Below are positions 20,565 to 31,334 of a DNA stretch of 64,000 nt, piece after piece (within the stretch, counting starts at the first letter, position 1; each line of letters starts with the position of its first letter). The notes below the pieces were generated by a model, which saw only the letters and a list, made by a program, of their open reading frames with translations, did not search any database and was not told where the DNA came from. The DNA is from an uncultured delta proteobacterium (GTDB lineage: Bacteria; Myxococcota_A; Polyangia; Fen-1088). A program made the translations under genes and the position numbers. Location of the stretch: the NCBI GenBank assembly GCA_963755125.1, contig CAVWIP010000006.1, positions 195,560 to 259,559 of the forward strand, in the 5' to 3' direction.

Positions 20565-21542
20565 GTGCAGTCCCCTCGTTTCGTTCTGCTTCCGCTGCTC
20601 ATTTGCGCTGGCGCCTGTGAAGGGCCTACCGGCCTTCGCAGCTTGCCCTGTTCGACGTCGGGTGCGACGCAGCCGTGCTCGATGTTTTGTGGAAACGGGG
20701 TCGAGACCTGTACCAATGGTGTGTGGTCGGCGTGCGTGGTACCGCCAACCCGTGTGCCCTGCTCGAACACCTGTGGTTCGGGCACCCAACTTTGTCAGGA
20801 CAACCAGATTCAGGGCGTGTGCGAGGTCGATCCTGTCGTGACAGACTGCTCGAGCATTTGCGGCCCTGGCACAGTAACCTGCGCGGATGACAAGCTGGGG
20901 ACGTGCTCCGCGCCCCAGCCGAAGCCGGCCGAACTTACGGCCACCATCCGCGATTTTCACATTACCTTCCCCGACATGAACCACGATGGCGTTGCCGAGA
21001 CGGGCATTGTGGCCTCTGTGCTCGGCGCTGACGACAAACCGGTCTATGCCCATGCCGGGCCGACCGCGACGGTGAGCGGACCGGAGACCTTCAATGAGTG
21101 GTACAACGACGTGGACGGAGTCAATATCTCGACGTCGATCCCCATTCCGCTGATGCAGTCCTCTGCGCAGAAGGGCGTTTACACCTACGACAATAGGTCT
21201 TTCTTTCCCATCGACAACCAACTCTTTGGTGACGAGGGACAAGCGCACAACTACGCTTTCACCGCCGAGGTCGCGACCCGTTTTCTCTACAATGGTGGGG
21301 AGATCTTCACCTTCGCAGGTGACGACGATGTCTTCGTGTTCATCAACCGCATCTTGGCCATCGACCTCGGCGGGATTCACTCCATTATGTGGCAGACCGT
21401 GGATCTCGACGCCCAGGCCGAGGCTCTGGGCATCGCCAAGGGCGGTATCTACTCGATGAACATCTTCTTCGCCGAGCGGCATCCGGTTGGCTCCGACTTC
21501 GTGATCGAAACCACGATTTCTGAATTCGACGTATGTAACTAG
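20565..21542 (+). CDS. Lipoprotein with Cys-rich repeats and fibro-slime (PA14-like) domain
   Basis: Lipobox AGAC, IRDF, FFPIDN, HNYAFT, FAGDDDVFVFIN, DLGGIH, FFAERH. Confidence 0.88.
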   Translation: MQSPRFVLLPLLICAGACEGPTGLRSLPCSTSGATQPCSMFCGNGVETCTNGVWSACVVPPTRVPCSNTCGSGTQLCQDNQIQGVCEVDPVVTDCSSICGPGTVTCADDKLGTCSAPQPKPAELTATIRDFHITFPDMNHDGVAETGIVASVLGADDKPVYAHAGPTATVSGPETFNEWYNDVDGVNISTSIPIPLMQSSAQKGVYTYDNRSFFPIDNQLFGDEGQAHNYAFTAEVATRFLYNGGEIFTFAGDDDVFVFINRILAIDLGGIHSIMWQTVDLDAQAEALGIAKGGIYSMNIFFAERHPVGSDFVIETTISEFDVCN

Positions 21543-21727
21543 ACGCCTTCGTCGACATGGAGAGGAGCGCGTCGAAGAGCGCACTGCCGACCGCGAGGAA
21601 CGCGGCGATCGTCTACAGTCGGGCACGACGTCGCTTGTTTTGAGCTTGCGGTCGACCCCGGATTGGCGTCAAATGCCGGCGATTCGGGTGCCACCGTGCA
21701 ACACTTCCCGAGGGAAAGGACAAACAA

Positions 21728-23779
21728 GTGGAAATTTCGACAAGACGATTCAAGCAACTCGCGTTGATCGGGCTTGGTGCCACGGGCATCCTGGCCGCCT
21801 GTAGCAGCAACTCTGGGTCCAGCGGCAGCACCGGCGGCGCCAGCGCCAAGGGTGGCTCCATAGGTAGTGGCGGCGCCAGCGCCCAGGGTGGATCCACAGG
21901 TAGTGGCGGCGCCAGCGCAATGGGCGGATCCAGTGCGACGGGCGGAACCGCGGGCAGTGGTGGTGCGACAAGCTCGGGCGGCGCCTGCGCGGGTACAGTT
22001 ACTCTCTTCGACTTTGCCACCGGCGATCAAGGATGGGTTTTCAACACCTATCAGGCCACGAACGCCGCAGGCGTCGCGGTCAGTCCTTTCAATCTCGCCG
22101 TGCCCGGGAACCTGTCCGGAGGAGATCTCGACGCTGGCGTCGCGGCTCCAACCCTCGCCGCCGACAGCACCGTCGGCGATCCGCCCGGCTCACTCAAGGT
22201 CGTGGTGACGTTCACCGGCTACGATCAACAGGTGAACCCCAACTTCAACTGGGGATCTAACGCGCTTCAAGATTGGACGAACAAGGTCGTCAGCGTACTC
22301 GTCAAGGTCGATCCGGCGGTGCCTGCCACCTTCAGTGGCGGAATCCAGCTCTACGCCCAGGACACCACTTATGCCGGTCAATACCAGTGGTCGGCCTTCC
22401 CGACTGACAACGCCTGGCATACGTACACCCTGGACATGAACGGCACCACCAGCGTGAACCCTGCCGAAATCATACAGTTCACAGTCCAATTAGCATCGGC
22501 CAGCGCGCCTACCGACACTGGCGATGGCGGCGTGGCTCCGTTCACCCCGACCACGGTGACGGCGTACATCGACACGATCACGGTCAGCGGCAACGCCGGA
22601 AGTGGAGGTTGTGGCGGCGGGTCGACGACGCCCGCTAGCGGAGGGGCTGGTGGGTCGAACGCGACCGCCAGCGGCGGTAGCGGTGGAAACAGCATCGGCG
22701 GCAGCGGAACGGGCGGCCTCCCCACGGGCGGCGCAACGGGCACCGGCGGCGCGGGCACCGGCACCGGCCTAGGCGGCAGCAACGGGAGCTTGCCCGCGCT
22801 CACCGTCAATGGCACCGTATTGCAAGACCCGAGTGGCAAGACCATCGTCCTACGCGGGACAGCTTTGATCGACATCGGCTCGCTCTACGCCAAGGGCGGC
22901 AACAGCGCCGCGGGAATCACGGCCCGAATCGACAAGATAGCCGCCGCAGGCCTGCAGGGCCACGTGATACGCCTGCCAGTCTATCCGAAGATCAACTACA
23001 ACGCCGGATATCCAACTTGTTCGCCCTTGCCCTACCCGGTTGGCAGCGGCCCGAGTGCAAGCTGCACCCCCACCACCCCGATGACCGCAGCCGATTATGT
23101 CAGCAAGGTTCTCCAGCCAGCGGTCGACTACGCCACCAGCAAGAACCTGTACGCCATCATCGATTTCCATCAAATCGACAACGCCACCACGGGTACTTCG
23201 GCAGCCGATGCGACGACCTTCTGGACCGACATCGCCCCGAAATTCGCGAGCTACACCAACGTCATCTACGAACCCTTCAACGAACCCATCGACAGCTCCG
23301 CACCGTGGACCACTCTCAAACCCGTGGTGCAGGGCTGGATCAATACCATTCGTGCGGCAGCCCCCAACAACATCATCATCGTTCCCTCCATGAGCTACGA
23401 CCAACACCCCGGCGACGCCGCCAGCAATCCGCCAACAGGAACCAATCTTGTGTTCACCGCGCACGTCTATCCTGGCAATTGGAGCACGTCCTTTCAGGCA
23501 CAGGTCGCCACAGCGGTGGCAAAGGCGCCGGTGTTCATCACCGAGTGGGGGTACGAGCTAAACGGCAGCGACCAAAACCTCTCCACCACCAGTGCCACCT
23601 GGGGAACCGATTTCGAGACGGCGGTTGACGGCTACGGAGCGAGCTGGACAGCGTGGGTCACCGACAACTCCTGGACACCCAGTATGTTCTCGGACAGCGC
23701 CCTCACCACCCTCACCGCCTTTGGCACAGTGGTGAAGAACTGGCTTGCCGCCAAGGCAACCAGCGATTGGGTTCAGTAG
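21728..23779 (+). CDS. Lipoprotein: Gly linker, CBM-like domain, Gly linker, glycoside hydrolase family 5
   Basis: Lipobox LAAC, VIRLP, IIDFH, YEPFNEP (acid/base), HVY, VFITEWG (nucleophile). Confidence 0.88.
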   Translation: MEISTRRFKQLALIGLGATGILAACSSNSGSSGSTGGASAKGGSIGSGGASAQGGSTGSGGASAMGGSSATGGTAGSGGATSSGGACAGTVTLFDFATGDQGWVFNTYQATNAAGVAVSPFNLAVPGNLSGGDLDAGVAAPTLAADSTVGDPPGSLKVVVTFTGYDQQVNPNFNWGSNALQDWTNKVVSVLVKVDPAVPATFSGGIQLYAQDTTYAGQYQWSAFPTDNAWHTYTLDMNGTTSVNPAEIIQFTVQLASASAPTDTGDGGVAPFTPTTVTAYIDTITVSGNAGSGGCGGGSTTPASGGAGGSNATASGGSGGNSIGGSGTGGLPTGGATGTGGAGTGTGLGGSNGSLPALTVNGTVLQDPSGKTIVLRGTALIDIGSLYAKGGNSAAGITARIDKIAAAGLQGHVIRLPVYPKINYNAGYPTCSPLPYPVGSGPSASCTPTTPMTAADYVSKVLQPAVDYATSKNLYAIIDFHQIDNATTGTSAADATTFWTDIAPKFASYTNVIYEPFNEPIDSSAPWTTLKPVVQGWINTIRAAAPNNIIIVPSMSYDQHPGDAASNPPTGTNLVFTAHVYPGNWSTSFQAQVATAVAKAPVFITEWGYELNGSDQNLSTTSATWGTDFETAVDGYGASWTAWVTDNSWTPSMFSDSALTTLTAFGTVVKNWLAAKATSDWVQ

Positions 23780-23950
23780 CCCAACATGGGCAAGCGGGCT
23801 TTCAGGTCACCCCTGTCGGTGGAGGCATGACCGAGTGAACCATAGAAGTCCGAGGGTGCACAGGTGGACACCGCCTACAAAAACCTCAATGATATTGGGG
23901 AGGCCACTCTTCCGTACAGAAGTCGTGGGAATGTTTTGGCTCGCAACTGC
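23780..23950. repeat. ~170-bp intergenic repeat, copy 1
   Basis: Homologous to 41304-41394 and to 43673-43726 + 46549-46668. Shared blocks TGGGCAA, GCATGAC, GAAGTCC, AAAACCTCAATGATATT, GTCGTGGGAATGT. Confidence 0.85.
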
Positions 23951-24024
23951 GAAAAGTCCCGCGCCAATGGCACTCTTCGCGATCGCCAGACGGTCGGGGT
24001 AGACTCACGAATATCGACTGACCA

Positions 24025-25530
24025 ATGCCCGCTTGCATGCGTTTCGCTAGCCCTTGCAAGGTTCGGCCATGTTCTGTCCATTTGGCGCTTTGGGCTGGGG
24101 TGGTTGTGTTTACACAGACCGCCTCGCAGGCGCACGCGGCAGTACCCGCTGACAAGCCATCGCCTCATGAGTCGAACGCGCTAGTTGAAGCCCTCGGTCC
24201 GCTCATCTGGCCAACCGATTGCCGTATCGTCATCCCCGACGTCCGCGCCAAGATCCTGACTGCCTTGCAGCCTGTCATCACGCACGACAAGCGCGCCTTT
24301 GTCGACCAGGTGATCAGCGACGAATTCTTCCATCGTTGCGGGTGGGACAGGGACAGCTACACCCAGAAGGATCATGATTGCGACACATCCGGCAGATGCG
24401 GCTTTGTGCTCGCCGATGCTTTTGAAGCGGACGACGCCCACACCGCCGACCTCCTGCGCTGGAGAATCGATCACCCGCAAGAGCACCCGACGGCGTGGAC
24501 CAAGCTATACTCCTATGGCACGCGGATGGTCTGGCCGCCCGACCTTGTGGCCGGAATCTACGACGCCTGGCTCTCTGGGTGCAGGAAGGATTGGACGACT
24601 GCGCGCTCTTGCTTCGACCTTCTCTGCGAGGGTGTTGCACGACGCTCATGGGTGGACGCCGAAGCACGGGTCGCGCTGCTGAGTGCGGAGCCGCTGCGTA
24701 CGGGATACGACGTCCACGATGACGATCTGAGTTTCATCGAAAAATGCATCATTCACCATTCCAGCTCGGAAAGAGGTATCCCTCGTTACCCCGACGTGGC
24801 ACGCTATCTCGTAAGAAAGGCCGAAGTCTCGCCGGACCCGGTCACAAGCAACGCATTCCTCACCTATCAGGAAGTCAATACTGACGTCCCCGAGGCGCAG
24901 TTGTTGATCATAACTGCGCTGCGGCGCTGGTCCACGGGCACGTTTTCCTGTCACGAATACGTCGACGACCTCGCCTGCGGCAAAGACCTCATCCGGCAGC
25001 TCAAGGCGTTGGCGACGCCTGAAGCTGCGGCAGCTCTAGCGGAGCTCACGCCAGCGATCGAGGCCCGCACGGATCGCCTCAAGTCAGAGAGCCGACGCGG
25101 AGCTGTCGCTACCGCGGGCAGCCGCGCGGCGTCTGCCTCACCGCTGCTCTTGCTGTCTGGCCTTGGCGTCGCTCAAGCGCTCGCCTGGCGCCAGTCGAAC
25201 GCCCCGAGCGCGCTGCGTACCCCCCTCGCCACCATCGACACCGCAATCGTCGGTGGCGCTGCCTTCGTCAGCGTCGTGGTGACCATGGCCTACGCTCTGA
25301 GCGCGCACGATACGCCCTCAGGTCTAGGGACCATCGACAATGCCATGAGTGGAATCGGTCCGGCCCTGATCAGTCTCAGCGCGGGACTTGTCGCCGGGGC
25401 GGCCAGCCTTTACGGCGCCGGCTACCTCGGCTATCGGTTGCGGGACAACCGCACTTTTTACATGAGCATCGCTGCCAGCGAGGCGGTACTGCCTGTCCTG
25501 GTGTTCTTGTACCACGTGGTGACAAGGTAG
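24025..25530 (+). CDS. Exported hypothetical protein with C-terminal membrane helices
   Basis: 501-aa ORF with a signal-like N-terminus and several hydrophobic Gly/Ala-rich helices at the C-terminus. Confidence 0.6.
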   Translation: MPACMRFASPCKVRPCSVHLALWAGVVVFTQTASQAHAAVPADKPSPHESNALVEALGPLIWPTDCRIVIPDVRAKILTALQPVITHDKRAFVDQVISDEFFHRCGWDRDSYTQKDHDCDTSGRCGFVLADAFEADDAHTADLLRWRIDHPQEHPTAWTKLYSYGTRMVWPPDLVAGIYDAWLSGCRKDWTTARSCFDLLCEGVARRSWVDAEARVALLSAEPLRTGYDVHDDDLSFIEKCIIHHSSSERGIPRYPDVARYLVRKAEVSPDPVTSNAFLTYQEVNTDVPEAQLLIITALRRWSTGTFSCHEYVDDLACGKDLIRQLKALATPEAAAALAELTPAIEARTDRLKSESRRGAVATAGSRAASASPLLLLSGLGVAQALAWRQSNAPSALRTPLATIDTAIVGGAAFVSVVVTMAYALSAHDTPSGLGTIDNAMSGIGPALISLSAGLVAGAASLYGAGYLGYRLRDNRTFYMSIAASEAVLPVLVFLYHVVTR

Positions 25531-25589
25531 GAAGAAGAACCCCGGCGTTTTTCCGGCGCCCTCGGCCCCTCGGTCGAACGCGGAGCTGA

Positions 25590-26062
25590 TCTTGTAGAGA
25601 CTGGCGACCAGGCTGATGAGCAGGCCGCGACGCTGCCACAAGCTCCTGCCCGCGCGACCTAGAATACGCGGCATGGAATAGAATTTCCGGCCGCACTGGT
25701 CCATCTCGGCAATGACTTGGTCGAAAGAAAGGTGCCGATAGTGCGCCACCGGAAAGGTCAGGGTGTAGTACTTCCAGTCCAGGGGGAAATCGTCGACCGC
25801 CAGGCGCTGCTCGGCAACCATCTTGCCCCAGAGCTGCGTCCCGGGCAAAGGCGTGAGGAACAGGGCATTGAGGTTGTCGACGCCGTATTCGGTTGCCGCC
25901 GCGGCGATGCGCCCGCCGATACCGGGTTAGTCCGCGTCCAGCCCGATAATGAAAGAGCCCACCACCAGCATGCCGTGCCGGTGGATGCACTCGACTGAGG
26001 CGCGAAAGTCCCGACCTTTGACCAGGTTGATCTTCTTGCCCAGCTCCCGCAATCCCTCTGGG
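25590..26062 (-). pseudogene. C-terminal fragment of a B12-binding radical SAM gene
   Basis: ETPSPEGLRELGK...GSFIIGLDAD*(TAA 25927-25929)PGIG...FLTPLPGTQLW. No N-terminus and an in-frame stop. Confidence 0.8.
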
Positions 26063-26985
26063 CTCGGGGTCTCATTCACTGCGAAGCACGCCTGCTGCGC
26101 GAGCAATTGCTCCTGTGCGCGGCTCACCAGTTCCGCGAGGGGGACGTCCAGCACTGGTGGCATCCACCATCGGGACGTGGCGTGCGCACCCACTGTTCGG
26201 ACGACTACCTCTGGCTGCCGCTTGCCACCTGTCGCTATACCCTCGGCACCGGAGACACCGGCGTGCTGGACGAGGTGATCCCTTTCCCCGACGGACGTGC
26301 GGTCCACGCGGAGAAGGACTCGTACTACGACCTGCCCCGGCGCTCCGCGGAAGCCGACACCCTGTACGCGCATTGCACCCGCGCCATTTTGCACGGGTTC
26401 CGCTTCGGTAGCCACGGCCTTCCGCTCATCGGCTCCGGCGACTGGAACGACGGGCAGGGGCGAAAGTGTGTGGTTGGGATTCTTCCTTTATGAAGTGCTC
26501 GAGCGCTTCACTGAACTGGCGCGGCGGCGCGGCGACCTGGCCTTCGCTGAACGCTGCCAGAGCGAAGTGGCCGAGCTGCGACGAAACATCGAGGCGAACG
26601 GCTGGGATGGCCAGTGGTACCGGCGCGCCTACTTTGACGACGGCTCGCCCCTGGGCTCGGCCAGCAGCTCCGAGTGCCAGATTGATTCTATCGCCCAAAG
26701 CTGGTCCGTGCTGTCCAGGGCCGGCGACCCCGAGCGCTCTCGCTTAGCCATGGACGCAGTGGACCAGCGGCTGGTGTGTCGCGAGCACTCACTGATCCAG
26801 CTGCTGGATCCGCCCTTTGACAAGTCGAACCTAGATCCCGGCTACATCAAGGGCTATGTCCCGGGCGTGCGCGAGAACGGCGGCCAGTACACCCACGCCG
26901 CGGTCTGGGCGGCCATGGTTTTTGCCGCTCTGGGTGACGCTCGACGCGCGTGGGAACTGCTCGCCATATTGCTGCCTGTATCGTT
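26061..26985 (+). pseudogene. Internal fragment of a GH94 glycoside phosphorylase (NdvB/cellobiose phosphorylase-like)
   Basis: EGDVQHWWH, SDDYLWLP, GDWNDG, then a deletion/frameshift to GESVWL, WDGQWYRRAY and GVRENGGQYTHAA. Confidence 0.88.
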
Positions 26986-27164
26986 GAACTCACGGAGGCC
27001 CCGATGTGCAAGATGTCGACGGACGTCGTGACCATCTACGGGTTCAACGGTAATGTTACGAGATGTTTCGGTGCGGGCCGGGGATCTGTGCCATCATGGA
27101 TTCGCGTTGAATAGGATGTCGGACGTCGGGCGTTACAGATCTCGGTATTGAGATGGAGGCACCA

Positions 27165-28259
27165 ATGAAAGAATCAACAATCGGCAGGACAATTGCCTCA
27201 ATCGCTGCATGCATGGTCGTGGGCGCGTTCTCAGTCAAGTGTGGGCCGCTCCAGCCCGTGAATGCTGTTCCTCCGCCGATTGGCGGCATCGGAGGCAGTG
27301 TCAATGCGACCGGAGGGAGCGACAGTGCGGGCGGAAGCGGTGGAGTTGGCGGAAGCGCCATAATCAGCTATGGAAGTTCATTGCCAATCGGGACTGGGGG
27401 TGATGACGCGGGAGCTGCCGATGCTGCCAGCGCTGCCGTGTGGCCTCCCCCGGGCTATGTGAATGTGACGAACGTGTCTTACGGCGCGTACGCGCTCGGC
27501 CCGCAGCTCGTTTCGAACAGTGGGGCTTCCACATCGGACGGAGGAAGTGGTTCCGGCGTGCCCGGTAGCGGTGGCATGGGAACTCCCGGCAATTGCAGCG
27601 GGCTCTACGGCGTAGTGCGCGATTTCAAGATGGGTACGACGCCAGGTGGTCAACCGGATTTCCAGTCGCCTACCCCGCAAGATGATCGGGGAATCGTTAC
27701 CACGACGCTCGGTTCGGATGGCAAGCCGGTCTACGCGCATCCCGGCGGCAAGACGCCCACGACGACGGGTCAGGCCGATTTAAACCAGTGGTACAACGAT
27801 GTGCCTGGTGTGAACATGACCTATCTGCTCGGTCTGCACTTCGTTCCGAATGGCAGCGTGCTGACCTTCGCCGCATCCATTAACAACAAGGGAGTTCCAG
27901 ATTCATCGTACTTTCCGCTCGACAATGAGGGTTGTGGCAACCAGGGCGAAAATCACAACTTCAGCTTCACTACCGAAATCCACACGTCGTTTACCTACAA
28001 CGGCGGTGAGATATTCACCTTCCAAGGGGATGACGACGTGTGGGTGTACATCAACAACCAACTGGCCATCGATCTGGGCGGGATTCACGTCCAGGAAACC
28101 GGGACCGTGAATCTTGACGCCCAAGCCAGCCAGCTTGGACTCGCGGTGGGCAAAGTCTATCCCTTGGCGGTATTCAATGCCGAAAGGCATACCACCCAGT
28201 CCAATTTCCGTATCGACACCACCCTTGTCTTTACCGATTGTGGCCAGATAATCCAATAG
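27165..28259 (+). CDS. Exported Gly-rich fibro-slime (PA14-like) protein
   Basis: GGAGG RBS, signal ending VKC, VRDF, HNFSFTTEIH, FQGDDDVWVYIN, DLGGIH, AERH. Confidence 0.88.
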   Translation: MKESTIGRTIASIAACMVVGAFSVKCGPLQPVNAVPPPIGGIGGSVNATGGSDSAGGSGGVGGSAIISYGSSLPIGTGGDDAGAADAASAAVWPPPGYVNVTNVSYGAYALGPQLVSNSGASTSDGGSGSGVPGSGGMGTPGNCSGLYGVVRDFKMGTTPGGQPDFQSPTPQDDRGIVTTTLGSDGKPVYAHPGGKTPTTTGQADLNQWYNDVPGVNMTYLLGLHFVPNGSVLTFAASINNKGVPDSSYFPLDNEGCGNQGENHNFSFTTEIHTSFTYNGGEIFTFQGDDDVWVYINNQLAIDLGGIHVQETGTVNLDAQASQLGLAVGKVYPLAVFNAERHTTQSNFRIDTTLVFTDCGQIIQ

Positions 28260-28299
28260 ACCCGTCGTTTGCGTGGACGTCCGTTCCCCAGGGGACAGG

Positions 28300-28478
28300 C
28301 CAGACAATGGAACCGCTCGGTGTGATAGTGCTCGACGAATTCCTTGATCAGGTGGCGCAAGTGTCGCTCGCCGAAAATGATGAACTGGTTCAGGCACTCG
28401 TACTTTATGGTCCTCGCAGATCTCTCGGCGTGCGGACTACAATTGGGGCTCCGCGCCGGAATCTTCACGCACTCCACG
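28300..28478 (-). pseudogene. Fragment of integrase core domain (rve_3-type) transposase
   Basis: PARSPNCSPHAER...IKYECLNQFIIFGERHLRHLIKEFVEHYHTERFH. Confidence 0.8.
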
Positions 28479-28530
28479 GCAGGCGAAGCACGTTTGCGGC
28501 GCAACAGAGGGGGGACTTGTGAAGTAGTTA

Positions 28531-30165
28531 CTACTTCGGTGTCAGTTTCATCACCGTGCCGTCGGTGTAAGAATTAATGGCCGTCCCCGTGTTGGTCCAG
28601 TAGACGCTCGTGGCGTCAATCGCGATGCCGTGAGGGGCGCTCTGCCCTGAAGCCAGAGTTGTGGGGGCGCTGCCGCCAGTGGGCACCTTCATCACCGTGC
28701 CGCCAACGTTATTCGTCCAGTAGACGTTCGTGGCGTCAACGGCGATGCCTTGGGGGCCGTTCTGGCCTGAAGCGAGAGTAGTGGGGATGCCGCCGCCGGT
28801 GGGCACCTTCATCACCGTGCCGCCAACGTTGTTCGTCCAGTAGACGCTCGTGGTGTCAACGGCGATGCCTGCAGGGGAGTTCTGACCTGAAGCGAGAGTA
28901 GTCAGAGTGCCACCGATGAGAGGCGCCTTCATCACCATGCCATCCGTGTAGGAATTGGCGCTCGTCCCCTTATTCGTCCAGTAGACACTCGTGACGTCAA
29001 CGGCGATGCTTAAGGGCTCGCTTTGGCCTGAAGCGAGAGTAGTGGAAATCCCTCCGCTAGTGGACATCTTCATCACTGTGCCCCCCTTGTTCGTCCAGTA
29101 GATGCTTGTGGGGTCAACGGTGATGCTGCGGGGGATGGCTTGCCCTGAGGCGAGGGTAGTGAGCGGGCCACCGTCCTTGGGCATACGCATAACCGTACCG
29201 CCGGAGTTGTTGGTCCAGTAGACGCTCGTGGCGTCGACGGCGATGTAGTAAGGGTTATTTTGCCCTGAGGCGAGAGTGGTGAGCGGGCCGCCGCCCGTGG
29301 GCACATGCGTGACCGTGCCGCTGGAGTTGTCGGTCCAGTAGACGCCCGTGGCGTCAACGGCGATGTAGTAAGGGTTATTTTGCCCTGAGGCGAGAGTAGT
29401 GAGCGTGCTGCCGCCGGTGCCACCAGTGCTCGCTCCTCCGGTTGCTGCGCCACCAGTCGCCGTGCCACCGCCGCTCGTCGTACCGCCAGCGTCGCTCGCG
29501 CCGCCGACGCCCGTCATGCCACCAGTGCTCGCTCCTCCGGTTGCTGCGCCGCCAGTCGCCGTTCCGCCGCCGCTCGTCACACCGCCAGCGTCGCTCGCGC
29601 CGGCCGCGCTCGTCGTGCCACCAGCGCCGGTCGCCCCTCCGGTTGCAGCGCCACCAGTCGCCGTTCCGCCGCCGCTCGACGTGCTGCCAGCGCCGCTCGC
29701 GCCGGCCGCGCTCGTCGTGCCACCAGCGCCGGTCGCCCCCCCGGTCGCTGCGCCACCAGTCGCCGTTCCACCGGCGCCGCTTACACCGCCCGTTCCACCG
29801 ACATCTGCTGCACCGCCGTCGATGTCCGCACCACCAGCGACTTCGTCCGCGGTAGCTAGGTCAAGGGGAGCCGCCTCATCGTCAGAAGCGGCATCCTCCT
29901 TCTCGGCTGTCAGATCGGGGGAAACTGCTGCGCCGTCGGCACCAGTGCTTCCCCCACTGCCAACTTCACCAGCAGTGCCGCCGCTGCCACCGAGCACGGC
30001 ATCGGACGCGCTCGTGGAGTCTCCGGGTCCATCCGGCGCGGGCGGTCCCAGTTTGCTGGCGTCGAAGAAACACGCCGGCAGCGTGGCAATCAGGCAGAGG
30101 CAAACAAGGTGAAGGCGTGTTGAAAAACAGGACAGAGCTCTCTCCGGATCAGATATCGTCTTCAT
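28531..30165 (-). CDS. Lipoprotein, Gly/Ala linker + about 7 beta-propeller repeats
   Basis: Lipobox LPAC and ~40-aa repeats TTLASGQxxPxxIAVDxTxVYWTN. Confidence 0.85.
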   Translation of the reverse strand: MKTISDPERALSCFSTRLHLVCLCLIATLPACFFDASKLGPPAPDGPGDSTSASDAVLGGSGGTAGEVGSGGSTGADGAAVSPDLTAEKEDAASDDEAAPLDLATADEVAGGADIDGGAADVGGTGGVSGAGGTATGGAATGGATGAGGTTSAAGASGAGSTSSGGGTATGGAATGGATGAGGTTSAAGASDAGGVTSGGGTATGGAATGGASTGGMTGVGGASDAGGTTSGGGTATGGAATGGASTGGTGGSTLTTLASGQNNPYYIAVDATGVYWTDNSSGTVTHVPTGGGPLTTLASGQNNPYYIAVDATSVYWTNNSGGTVMRMPKDGGPLTTLASGQAIPRSITVDPTSIYWTNKGGTVMKMSTSGGISTTLASGQSEPLSIAVDVTSVYWTNKGTSANSYTDGMVMKAPLIGGTLTTLASGQNSPAGIAVDTTSVYWTNNVGGTVMKVPTGGGIPTTLASGQNGPQGIAVDATNVYWTNNVGGTVMKVPTGGSAPTTLASGQSAPHGIAIDATSVYWTNTGTAINSYTDGTVMKLTPK

Positions 30166-30167
30166 GA

Positions 30168-31136
30168 TCAGAACCCCACTCTTGCCAGCGCGCCGGTCGT
30201 CGCCCCCGCCATCGGCGCCACGGCTACGGGTCGCCCCTCAAAGTAGAACAGCACGGCTGTGGTTACGGCAGAGGCGCCGGCTAGGCCCCAGAAGACGTTG
30301 GCGATGGTCTGGCGCGAGGTGACTGAATCAATCTCGCTCTGACTGCAGCGAGGCGGCCCGCTGGCACTGCCGCACGAGTTGTTCAGGCTGTTGAACCTGG
30401 CCTGCATCGAGAGGCCGGCGGCAATGGCGCCCCCAGTAAGCAGTACCGTCGAGCCGCCAGCCACCCAGGTCCATTTTCTGCCCAGCCACCAACCCTCGCG
30501 GGCGCCGCCGGCCCCTGGCGCGGCTTGCACGTCGAAGTCCGGGGCAGCCTTGGGCGCGGGAGCCGGAGCGGCGGCCACGCGAACCAGCAGAGGAAGCATC
30601 CGCATGGTCACTCTGCTCACCGAACCTGCCGTCACGTCCACATCCTCGATCACTGGAGCCGCGCCCGCATGCTTGGCCGTGACTTGGTGGCGGCCAGGAA
30701 TGGCCCAGATCGGGTCGGGCAGCGGGGTCAGCCCGACGGACTTGCCATCGACGCTCACTTCGGTGCCCGCCTTATCGCAATCGATCCGAATCCGTCCCAG
30801 CTTGTCTCGTAGCTCAGCCAGGGATTTGCGCGCGTCAGCGGTCGTTGCGGGCGATGCGTCGAGAGCTTCCGCCAAGAACTTTTCGAAAGCCTCCAGCGCC
30901 TCGACAGGCCGGCTGAGATCCCGATTGGCCTGACCTATGTTGAACATCAGCTTCGGCGATGGGTAGGCGGCGTAGGCCGCGTTGAACTTCTCCAGGGCGC
31001 CGGCATAGTCACCTTTCTCGTACAAATCGGAGCCTTCGGTCAGCAGGCCCTGCGCCTTGGCCTTGGCCTGGGGGTCGGTGCCTGGTGGCGAGAGTTGCGC
31101 GAGCACCGCGAAAAGGACAAGAGAACTTGTGCCCAT
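30168..31136 (-). CDS. TPR + PEGA domain protein
   Basis: TPR helices ([20 protein letters not shown]), [17 protein letters not shown]...PGRHQV, hydrophobic C-terminus. Stop lies 2 bp from the next gene. Confidence 0.85.
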   Translation of the reverse strand: MGTSSLVLFAVLAQLSPPGTDPQAKAKAQGLLTEGSDLYEKGDYAGALEKFNAAYAAYPSPKLMFNIGQANRDLSRPVEALEAFEKFLAEALDASPATTADARKSLAELRDKLGRIRIDCDKAGTEVSVDGKSVGLTPLPDPIWAIPGRHQVTAKHAGAAPVIEDVDVTAGSVSRVTMRMLPLLVRVAAAPAPAPKAAPDFDVQAAPGAGGAREGWWLGRKWTWVAGGSTVLLTGGAIAAGLSMQARFNSLNNSCGSASGPPRCSQSEIDSVTSRQTIANVFWGLAGASAVTTAVLFYFEGRPVAVAPMAGATTGALARVGF

Positions 31137-31334
31137 GCAGGGATCCCCCTGGAATAGATCTCGACAGAAGGGGGCGGTGGCTTGAAGGAACCGACTCGAG
31201 CGATCAGCGAACAGAGAACAGGGCGGAGATCTCAAAGACCGGGCGCGACCTGACTCCGGTGACTTTCGCGCAGGGCCCCATTGTCATTCGCCGAGACAGG
31301 CTGGTTCCTGATGAGTTGGCCCCCAAAGCCCTGA

